Below, piece by piece: positions 1 to 8,865 of a DNA stretch of 64,000 nt. Made by a program: the position numbers and the translations under genes. Within the stretch, counting starts at the first letter, position 1. Every line of letters starts with the position of its first letter. The notes under the pieces are model-generated. The model saw nothing but the letters and a program-made list of their open reading frames with translations, was not told where the DNA came from and did no database searches. The stretch is from Gammaproteobacteria bacterium (lineage in GTDB: Bacteria > Pseudomonadota > Gammaproteobacteria > JAUZRS01): contig JAUZSP010000007.1 in the NCBI GenBank assembly GCA_030949385.1, forward strand, positions 67,210 to 131,209. The letters are read 5' to 3'.

Positions 1-239
1 CTGTCTTCATGCTGCATCTGACCATCAATCATGTAAGTAAAGGTGACAAAACCTCGATGCGGATGAGAAGGGAAACCGGCCAGATATTCATCGGGTTTAT
101 CGCTGCTAAAATAGTCCAACATCATAAACGGGTCTCGGTTACGCAGTGCTGGAATACCGATGCTGCGATAGACCTTCACCCCTGAACCCTCCTGCACTTC
201 CATCGCGGGAAGCAAACGTATTCGATCCGCTGTTGCCAT
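1..239 (-). CDS. Pirin family (cupin) protein, N-terminal part; runs off the window start
   Basis: Manual translation from ATG at 239: MATADRIRLLPAMEVQEGSGVKVYRSIG...DPFMMLDYF...GFPSHPHRGFVTFTYMIDGQMQHED, containing the pirin DPF.LD and HPHRG motifs; divergent from a LysR gene. Confidence 0.9.
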   Translation of the reverse strand, partial: MATADRIRLLPAMEVQEGSGVKVYRSIGIPALRNRDPFMMLDYFSSDKPDEYLAGFPSHPHRGFVTFTYMIDGQMQHED

Positions 240-341
240 TGGCTTCGCTCCTCAATCTGTGAAACAGAATCAAACCGACTCTGGATAGGGAGCAGTATCA
301 CTGTTGCAAAAAAGAAGATAAACAGCGAATATAAAAACTGT

Positions 342-362
342 TTGTTCTCAAAATAGCAACAA
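342..362. promoter_or_regulatory. Putative LysR recognition box (T-N11-A dyad)
   Basis: TTGTT-ctcaaaatagc-AACAA, a perfect 5-bp dyad around 11 nt, just upstream of the LysR start in the pirin/LysR divergent spacer. Confidence 0.5.
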
Positions 363-373
363 TTGGTCAGATT

Positions 374-1279
374 ATGAACCGTTTCGAAAATATGGAACAC
401 TTCGTCAAAGTGGTGGAAACAGGCAGCATCACCGCCGCTGCCGAGCGACTGGAGGTAGCAAAATCAGCCGTCAGCCGTCGCCTAAAAGAGTTAGAAACCC
501 ATTTGGGCGCAGAGCTGTTTCATCGCACCACCCGCCGCATGACCCTCACCGACACAGGGCGTACCTTTTATCACCAATCGGTACACATTCTGGAACAACT
601 GCTGGAAGCAGAACAGAGCACCACCCAAGCCCACGGCATTTTAGAGGGTCGGCTAAAGATCGCCCTGCCCTCCAGTTTTGGCCTGCTGCACATGGGCACT
701 GCAATTGATGATTTTTTAAAGCTGCATCCGCAGATTACGTTTGAATTGGATTTTAACGACCGAGAAGTCAATCTGGTGCATGAAGGTTTTGATCTGGCGC
801 TGCGCATCGCCAACCTACCCGACTCCAGTTTGATCGCACGCCGCTTAGCCAACATCAAACTGCACATCTGTGCCACTCCGACCTACCTCAAAAAAAGAGG
901 CACACCCCATACCTTGGCGGATCTGGCACAGCATCAGTGCCTGCTCTACAGTTTGATGCGCGACGGCGATGTCTGGCAATTTGATGATCAAGAAGGCAAC
1001 ACCGAACGAGTCAAACTGAACGCGGCGATGCGCGCCAACAGCGGTGATTTTCTCAAAGAAGCGGCACTGGCAGACAGAGGCGTTGTTTTTCTGCCTACCT
1101 TTATGACCTATACAGAAATTCAAGCAGGCCGCTTAGTGCCTCTGCTAACCCACTACAAACCGTTTCGCTTATCCGCCTACGCCCTCTACCCACAAACCCA
1201 TCATCTCTCAAAACGGGTGCGTGCTTTTGTGGACTTTTTGGCCAAACGCTTTGCGGGGATCCCTTATTGGGATCAATAA
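374..1279 (+). CDS. LysR-family transcriptional regulator (DmlR/CrgA-like)
   Basis: N-terminal HTH (FVKVVETGSITAAAERL..AKSAVSRRLKELE), LysR substrate-binding domain, 301 aa. Confidence 0.95.
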   Translation: MNRFENMEHFVKVVETGSITAAAERLEVAKSAVSRRLKELETHLGAELFHRTTRRMTLTDTGRTFYHQSVHILEQLLEAEQSTTQAHGILEGRLKIALPSSFGLLHMGTAIDDFLKLHPQITFELDFNDREVNLVHEGFDLALRIANLPDSSLIARRLANIKLHICATPTYLKKRGTPHTLADLAQHQCLLYSLMRDGDVWQFDDQEGNTERVKLNAAMRANSGDFLKEAALADRGVVFLPTFMTYTEIQAGRLVPLLTHYKPFRLSAYALYPQTHHLSKRVRAFVDFLAKRFAGIPYWDQ

Positions 1280-1359
1280 ACACGTTACCCTAGACCTTCT
1301 CCAAAGATCGTCGTATCGTTCCCGCTTTCAATTTCCAGCTCATCAAGGCTCATTACATT

Positions 1360-2676
1360 ATGAAACAGGTGGATCAACTGCTGCACGCACGTTGGATTGT
1401 CACAGTCAATAAAAACAACGAGCTGTTGCAACAGCACACTCTGGTCGTTGATCAAGGCAAGATCATCGACATTCTGCCCACCGAGTTGGCCAAACAGAGC
1501 TACCACGCCACACAGGTTGACGATCTGGGCGAGCAACTGCTGATGCCCGGCTTGATCAACGCCCACACCCATCTGGCGATGAATCTGTTGCGCGGTTTTG
1601 CCGACGATCTGCCCTTGATGGAGTGGTTGGAACAACAGATCTGGCCTGCCGAAGGGCGCTGGGTCGATGAACAGTTTGTCGCCGACGGCAGCGAACTGGC
1701 GATGGCAGAGCTGATCCGCAGCGGCACCTCCTGTTTTAACGACATGTATTTTTTCCCCGAAATCACCGCTCAGGTCGCGCAGCAAGTCGGGCTGCGTGCC
1801 AGCATTGGCCTGATGATGATCGACTTCCCCACCGCGTGGGGCAGCGGCCCTGAGGAGTATCTGCAAAAAGGCCTCGCCCTCCAGCAGCAGTACCAAGATC
1901 ACCCGCTGATCCGCACCGCTTTTGCCCCTCATGCCACCTACACCGTCTCCGATGAACCTCTGTTGCAGCTCAAACAGGCGGCGCAACAACACAACAGCGC
2001 CATCCACATTCATCTGCACGAAACCGCCGCTGAAATCGCCCTACACCAAAAACAGCACGGCTGCCGTCCACTGGCACGGTTGGATAAGCTGGGGATGCTG
2101 AACGCCAACCTGCAAGCGGTTCACATGACCCAACTCAGCGACGAGGAGATTCAGCAACTGGCCGACAACGGGGTGCAGGTGATTCACTGCCCTGAATCCA
2201 ACCTCAAATTGGCCAGCGGTTTTGCCCCCATCGCCAAGCTGCTGGCAGCCGGAGTCAATGTGGCGCTGGGTACAGACGGAGCCGCATCCAATAACGATCT
2301 GGATCTGTTTGCTGAGATGCGCACCGCTGCGCTGTTGGCCAAAGGCGTGGCGGGCGATGCCAGCGTCGTGCCGACCACCACCGCTCTGCGCATGGCCACC
2401 ATCAACGGCGCTGAGGCTTTGGGTATTGCCGATCAGACCGGTTCACTGGAAGTTGGCAAAGCCGCCGATGTGATCGCCATTGACCTCAATACCATCGAGA
2501 CTCAACCGCTCTACGATCCTGTTTCACAGCTGGTTTATGCCAGCAGCAGAAATCAGATCACCCACCTCTGGGTAGCCGGTAAACAGCTGCTCAAAGAGCG
2601 TCAATTGACCACTCTGGATGAGACGGAGATCATCAGAAAAGCGCAACTTTGGCAGAAGAAAATTGGCGGTCAATGA
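1360..2676 (+). CDS. mtaD: TRZ/ATZ-family amidohydrolase, 5-methylthioadenosine/S-adenosylhomocysteine deaminase-like
   Basis: PGLINAHTH, HLHET, HCPESNLKLASG and LGTDGAASNNDLD motifs. Confidence 0.85.
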   Translation: MKQVDQLLHARWIVTVNKNNELLQQHTLVVDQGKIIDILPTELAKQSYHATQVDDLGEQLLMPGLINAHTHLAMNLLRGFADDLPLMEWLEQQIWPAEGRWVDEQFVADGSELAMAELIRSGTSCFNDMYFFPEITAQVAQQVGLRASIGLMMIDFPTAWGSGPEEYLQKGLALQQQYQDHPLIRTAFAPHATYTVSDEPLLQLKQAAQQHNSAIHIHLHETAAEIALHQKQHGCRPLARLDKLGMLNANLQAVHMTQLSDEEIQQLADNGVQVIHCPESNLKLASGFAPIAKLLAAGVNVALGTDGAASNNDLDLFAEMRTAALLAKGVAGDASVVPTTTALRMATINGAEALGIADQTGSLEVGKAADVIAIDLNTIETQPLYDPVSQLVYASSRNQITHLWVAGKQLLKERQLTTLDETEIIRKAQLWQKKIGGQ

Positions 2677-2767
2677 TTTAAAGGGGGTTTGTTGGGGTGG
2701 TTACTCCCTGAACAATGAGTTTACTGATTCAACTCACCTGACAACGACACAAACGGTGTTTAGATCG

Positions 2768-3028
2768 TTATGCCGCTATTTCATGATCAACATCCCAACC
2801 AGGAAAGACTAAAACTGCTGGGTGACATTTTAATGCTCTGGCCAATACTTTCGCTCTTTCCACGCCTAGTTTTATTTTATCGTGCTCGATGGCTGAAAGC
2901 GTTGATTGCGGTATGCCCGTTATTGAAGATAAATCGTTTTGACTTAACTCCTGTAGCTCACGGATAATTTTTACAGACTCGCCAATAGAAACATCTGTTC
3001 TTTTTTTTGCTTCTTTATAGTCTGTCAT
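2768..3028 (-). CDS. XRE/HigA-type HTH antitoxin
   Basis: 86 aa from ATG 3028; HTH LSQNDLSSITGIPQSTLSAIE; lies directly downstream of a RelE-like gene. Confidence 0.8.
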   Translation of the reverse strand: MTDYKEAKKRTDVSIGESVKIIRELQELSQNDLSSITGIPQSTLSAIEHDKIKLGVERAKVLARALKCHPAVLVFPGWDVDHEIAA

Positions 3029-3029
3029 G

Positions 3030-3311
3030 TTATTTCCTCTGGTAGTCATGTGCTGTGACCTTGATTACGTTTACAAACAGTTGATCATTTTCAATTTTGT
3101 AGATAATGCGATATTGAATATTCAGGCGTGAAGATCGATAGCCTTTCCATTCACCGCGCAATGCTTCATCTTTAAAACCCTTAATCTGTTTAAGACCTGA
3201 AGGGCCTGATATTATTACGATATCTTTCCATTTCTCATATCGTTTAAGGATGTCGATAGGTAACGATCTTAGTCCTTTCAATGCACTTTTGTGCTCATAT
3301 ATTTTCCACAT
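3030..3311 (-). CDS. RelE/YoeB/HigB-superfamily mRNA interferase toxin
   Basis: 93 aa from ATG 3311; DEALRGEWKGYRSSRLNIQYRIIY is typical of the RelE fold; toxin-before-antitoxin (higBA) order; AT-rich. Confidence 0.8.
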   Translation of the reverse strand: MWKIYEHKSALKGLRSLPIDILKRYEKWKDIVIISGPSGLKQIKGFKDEALRGEWKGYRSSRLNIQYRIIYKIENDQLFVNVIKVTAHDYQRK

Positions 3312-3321
3312 ACTAAATAGT

Positions 3322-3349
3322 AGCATATATACCATATATGGTATGTCAA
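3322..3349 (-). promoter_or_regulatory. Sigma70 promoter of the TA operon overlapped by a 16-bp palindromic operator
   Basis: Minus strand TTGACA (3349-3344)-N16-TATGCT (3327-3322); perfect palindrome ATACCATATATGGTAT at 3329-3344. Confidence 0.65.
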
Positions 3350-3464
3350 ATTTTATTACGTTAGTGTCGCCCTACGAAGTCCATTCCATTTTTTTAAGAA
3401 AAAGACAAGCGATTCGCGCTAGGATGGGAACCACATCACCTGTCCCACCTTCAAGGACGATTCC

Positions 3465-5087
3465 ATGCAACAGGCATCCGCAGACAACCACTACCGACAA
3501 CAACTCACCCTGTTACAGCAAAACTATCAAAAACAACTGCCCGAACAACTGACTCAACTGGAATCCGCTTGGCAAGCCTTTCGCCTGAATAACTTCGACC
3601 AACAAGCAAAACATCATTTAGAACAAACCCTTAGAAAACTCACCCCCTCCAATCTTGCTCACCTTTTGCCCGACATCAACCTCAGCATCAGCCAGCTACA
3701 AACGCTGTTTCACGACTTTCTACAAGGTAAAAAGAACGACAGCAACCAAAAAAAAATTCAACTGATTCTAAACACACTGCGACATCAGGTTGAACAGCAA
3801 CACCCACTGGAAAAAAGCCCTCCAGCCAAAACCCACATTCCCCACAACCCCACCACCCTGCTGCTGGCACTCGATCCCCTCAGCGAAGCGGCACTCTGGG
3901 AACCGCTGCAACAGCAGGGCTATCGACTCAAACGAATGCAGCACGACACCCCCTTATTGGAGCAGATCGAACAGCAGAACATCGACCTGCTGTTGCTCAA
4001 CGTTGACCTCCACCACGATCGCCTACCTGCACCGCATAATTTACAAAAACTCTTGCCCCAATTGCCGGTTAAAACCCTGCTGATCTCCGACGACGACAGC
4101 ATGAAAAACCGTTTGTCAGCGGTTAAAGCGGGCGGTTCGGCTTTTTTTGCCACCCCCATCGAAGTGCCCACGCTGCTGGATAAAATAGCCTCGCTCTGCG
4201 GCAGCAACAGCACCCACCCCTACCGTGTAATGATCATTGAGGATGCCATCGAACAAGTGCAGTTCTATACCAGCCTGTTAAAAGCCTACGATTTTGACGT
4301 GACCGTCTGCACAAAACCCTTGGAGATCAATCGCTATCTGGCCAAATACGACCCAGAGTTGATTCTAATGGACCTCTATATGCCCGACGTTAACGGCTAC
4401 GAATTGGCGCAGACCCTTCGACAACAAGACGCACTCTTCAGTCTGCCGATTGTATTCCTCTCCAGTGAACACGACCCACAATTACAGCTGCAAGCGTTGC
4501 AGTCCGGTGGCGATGATTTTCTCAGCAAGCCCGTTCACCCGCGCCAGCTCTGCCTCACGCTGGCAGGGCACATTGAACGCTACCGGAAAATGTGCCGTCA
4601 CAGCGAAATTGACTCCATGACAGGGCTATTAAAACGGGATAAATTTCAGCAACGTCTGGAAAGTGAACTGCTCAGAGCCTATCGCTACACACAGTCGGTT
4701 TCACTGCTGCTGATTGATACGGATCATTTTAGAGAGATTAATCGAATTTACGGCTTCAGCATCGGTGATCAGGTCATAAAAACCCTCGCCAATTTACTCC
4801 GACAACGGCTACGCTCCACAGACATCATCGCCCGCTACAGCGGCGAAAAATTTGCCGTTATTCTGCCCGAAACAGATAAGCAGAGCGCCGAACAGTTAAG
4901 CAACCACCTGCGCGACAGTTTTGCCACCACCCCTTTTCAAGGTCAGCAACAGAGCTTTTTCACCAGCTTCAGTGCAGGGGTCAGCGATAATCACGGCAAC
5001 CACTCTTACCAACAACTGCTGGAGAGCGCCGAAGAAGCGCTGAATAAAGCCAAGCAGAGTGGGCGAAATCGGGTTGCTATGCAGTAA
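3465..5087 (+). CDS. Hpt-like/REC/REC/GGDEF-domain protein with a degenerate GGDEF active site
   Basis: Second REC intact (MIIED...LILMDLYMP...FLSKP); GGDEF fold (DSMTGLLKR, LLLIDTDHF, GDQVIK) but the A-site reads RYSGEKF; RxxD (RSTD) present. Confidence 0.85.
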   Translation: MQQASADNHYRQQLTLLQQNYQKQLPEQLTQLESAWQAFRLNNFDQQAKHHLEQTLRKLTPSNLAHLLPDINLSISQLQTLFHDFLQGKKNDSNQKKIQLILNTLRHQVEQQHPLEKSPPAKTHIPHNPTTLLLALDPLSEAALWEPLQQQGYRLKRMQHDTPLLEQIEQQNIDLLLLNVDLHHDRLPAPHNLQKLLPQLPVKTLLISDDDSMKNRLSAVKAGGSAFFATPIEVPTLLDKIASLCGSNSTHPYRVMIIEDAIEQVQFYTSLLKAYDFDVTVCTKPLEINRYLAKYDPELILMDLYMPDVNGYELAQTLRQQDALFSLPIVFLSSEHDPQLQLQALQSGGDDFLSKPVHPRQLCLTLAGHIERYRKMCRHSEIDSMTGLLKRDKFQQRLESELLRAYRYTQSVSLLLIDTDHFREINRIYGFSIGDQVIKTLANLLRQRLRSTDIIARYSGEKFAVILPETDKQSAEQLSNHLRDSFATTPFQGQQQSFFTSFSAGVSDNHGNHSYQQLLESAEEALNKAKQSGRNRVAMQ

Positions 5088-5190
5088 AGGAGTTGCGGGT
5101 ACCACAAAAACAGCCTTAATCTGCACTGACGGATCAATCCAGTGGGCTTTATTGAGCGCTCAGCAACCCTGTATACTCCCCACTTTTTGA

Positions 5191-6594
<1,404 letters not shown>

Positions 6595-6617
6595 GCCCAA
6601 TATTTTCGCCAATTTTA

Positions 6618-6651
6618 TGTTGGGTTTCCGCTGCGCTGTAACCCAACCTAC
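6618..6651 (-). repeat. GTAG-type REP-like palindrome
   Basis: Minus strand GTAG-GTTGGGTT-acagcgcagcgg-AAACCCAAC-A, intergenic immediately after purB. Confidence 0.6.
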
Positions 6652-6672
6652 ACCTCACGGGTCCCCTCTCTC

Positions 6673-7821
6673 ATGCAGATCCAATTTCCGCCTCATCTGA
6701 ATATCGACCTCTTTCTGCGCGACTACTGGCAAAAAAAGCCGCTGCTGATTCGCAATGCCTTCCCCGACTTTATCAACCCCATCGAGGCCGATGAGCTGGC
6801 GGGTTTAGCCTGTGAAGAAGAGATCCCCTCACGGATTATTCAGCAACACAGCCCAACAGATTGGCGCTGCCGCATGGGGTCTTTTGAAGCATCGGATTTT
6901 GCTCAACTGCCCGAAAGCGATTGGTCGCTGCTGATCAGCGATGTGGAAACACATCTGCCAGAGTTTCAAGCCTACCTTGAACCGTTTCGGTTTATCCCCG
7001 ACTGGCGCATTGATGACTTGATGATCAGCTACGCGCCCGAAGGCGGTTCCGTCGGCCCCCACAGCGATCAGTACGATGTTTTTTTGCTGCAAACCTCTGG
7101 GCGAAGACGATGGTCGATTCACAGCCAACCTCTGAGCGAGGCCGATTTTCTGCCTGATCTGGAGTTGAAAATTCTGCGTGAATTTGAAACCGAGCAGAGT
7201 TGGATCACCGAGCCGGGCGATCTGCTCTATCTGCCTCCAGGAGTGGCACACTTTGGCGTGGCACTGGAACCCTGCATGACGTGGTCGGTGGGCTTTCGTG
7301 CCCCCAGCCAGCGCGATCTGGTCAGCGCCTATCTGGACGATTTAATCCCGAGCCTAAAAGAACAGCGCTACAGCGACCCAGAACTCAGCCAACAGCCCCA
7401 CCCCAGCGAAATCACCCCTCACGCACGGCAAAAACTGCGTGACACCCTGCGCCAACAATTGAGCCAAAATGACGATCAACTGGATCTTTTTTTAGGTCGC
7501 TACCTGAGCGAAGCTGGGCGTGAATATGCGCTTGAGGTATTCGACGAGCTGTCTCCTGAACAGATTAAAATCGAGTTGGAACAAGGCAATACACTGCAAA
7601 AAGTCGCCGGAATTCGCTGCTCTTATATGCAGTTTGAACAGGAAGCTCAGCTCTTTATCGGCGGTGAAAACATCCAAATATCCCTTGAATTGGCACAACT
7701 GATCGGAAAAGCAGCAAAAATAGACAAAAAAGCCCTGACAACGGGTCACACTCCCTCTACCCTTAGGCTTCTGAGCCAACTTTACAATTTTGGTTTTTTG
7801 GAGTTCTGCGATGACCTTTGA
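6673..7821 (+). CDS. roxA: JmjC/cupin 50S ribosomal protein uL16 arginine hydroxylase
   Basis: FLRDYWQKKPLLIR, PDWRIDDLMISYA..GGSVGPHSDQYDVFLLQ, EPGDLLYLPPGVAH; conserved position after purB. Confidence 0.9.
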   Translation: MQIQFPPHLNIDLFLRDYWQKKPLLIRNAFPDFINPIEADELAGLACEEEIPSRIIQQHSPTDWRCRMGSFEASDFAQLPESDWSLLISDVETHLPEFQAYLEPFRFIPDWRIDDLMISYAPEGGSVGPHSDQYDVFLLQTSGRRRWSIHSQPLSEADFLPDLELKILREFETEQSWITEPGDLLYLPPGVAHFGVALEPCMTWSVGFRAPSQRDLVSAYLDDLIPSLKEQRYSDPELSQQPHPSEITPHARQKLRDTLRQQLSQNDDQLDLFLGRYLSEAGREYALEVFDELSPEQIKIELEQGNTLQKVAGIRCSYMQFEQEAQLFIGGENIQISLELAQLIGKAAKIDKKALTTGHTPSTLRLLSQLYNFGFLEFCDDL

Positions 7822-8788
7822 TGTACAGATTCGCCACGCCGACTGGCACGATACCGACGATCACAAACAACTGAGTCACCTACGCCGCACCGTCTTTATC
7901 GACGAGCAGCAAGTACCGGAAAAACTGGAATGGGATGACGATGACGAAGAGGCACTGCATCTGATCGCCTTCCTCGACCAAGAGCCCGTCGCTTGCGCTC
8001 GGCTGCTGTCCACAGGACGGGTAGGACGCATGGCGGTGCTCAAACATCTGCGCGGCAACGGCATTGGCCACCAACTCATGAGCGAATTATTAAACCAAGC
8101 CGACCATCAAGGCCTATTAAGGCTGACGCTGCACGCCCAAACTCATGCCGCTGATTTTTATCTTAAACACGGTTTTATCAGTGAAGGCGAACCTTTTTCA
8201 GAGGCGGATATCCCGCATCAGAAAATGAGCTTAGAATTGCAAAATCGGCGCTCAAAAACGATCCTGCCTTTTGACCAGCTCAATCCCAAACAGCATCAAT
8301 TGGGTATCACCGGCCTCACCTTTCAAGTGGACTCGCTCAAGGATTCACAACAAGCCGCTCTCTTTCTCGCACAGCAGGCCAAACGCACGATACGCATTTT
8401 GACCCGCACCATGGATCCCATGCTGCTCAGCAACGAAGCCTTTGTGGATGCCCTCTCACAGATGATTCGCAGTGGCCAACGCGCCAATGTACAAATCTTG
8501 ATCAGCGACCCAAGTAACGCCATTAAAGCCGGTCATCGTCTGACCCAACTCTGCCAACGTCTCTCCAGCTTTATCCAAGTGCGACGGCTGCAAAAAGAGC
8601 ACAACGACCTGAACCGCGCCTTTATTATGGCCGATGACACCGGTTTACTGCTGCGCAATCAAGGAGAGCAACCACAGGGGTTACTCAAACTGCACGCCGG
8701 AGCCGAAGCCAAAGAGATGAACCACTTCTTTTTACAAGCGTGGGAGATGAGCAGCCCCGACCCCGAGTTTCGCCAGCTCTCTATCTGA
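7811..8788 (+). CDS. GNAT (ElaA/YjcF-like) acetyltransferase fused to a C-terminal domain of unknown function
   Basis: LRRTVFIDEQQVP, GRVGRMAV...RGNGIG, LHAQTHA..FY..GF, IPHQKM; additional ~170 aa C-terminal domain; ATG 7811 overlaps the roxA stop. Confidence 0.85.
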   Translation: MTFDVQIRHADWHDTDDHKQLSHLRRTVFIDEQQVPEKLEWDDDDEEALHLIAFLDQEPVACARLLSTGRVGRMAVLKHLRGNGIGHQLMSELLNQADHQGLLRLTLHAQTHAADFYLKHGFISEGEPFSEADIPHQKMSLELQNRRSKTILPFDQLNPKQHQLGITGLTFQVDSLKDSQQAALFLAQQAKRTIRILTRTMDPMLLSNEAFVDALSQMIRSGQRANVQILISDPSNAIKAGHRLTQLCQRLSSFIQVRRLQKEHNDLNRAFIMADDTGLLLRNQGEQPQGLLKLHAGAEAKEMNHFFLQAWEMSSPDPEFRQLSI

Positions 8789-8865
8789 AGCCAATTAAGA
8801 TAGGTAAATACCATTTTGTGAAGCAGTGAACATCCCAGAAACACCCTTTCCGTTAGGATTTTAGA

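Noticed and set aside
176-400. 74-aa minus-strand ORF in the ORF track
   Set aside because: Wrong frame; the real gene is the pirin starting at 239, and this ORF overlaps the LysR start
2761-2774. GCATAAC at the antitoxin stop, a possible attC inverse core like the one at 22706
   Set aside because: The following sequence does not resemble an attC arm and no complementary core was found upstream of the toxin; may be chance
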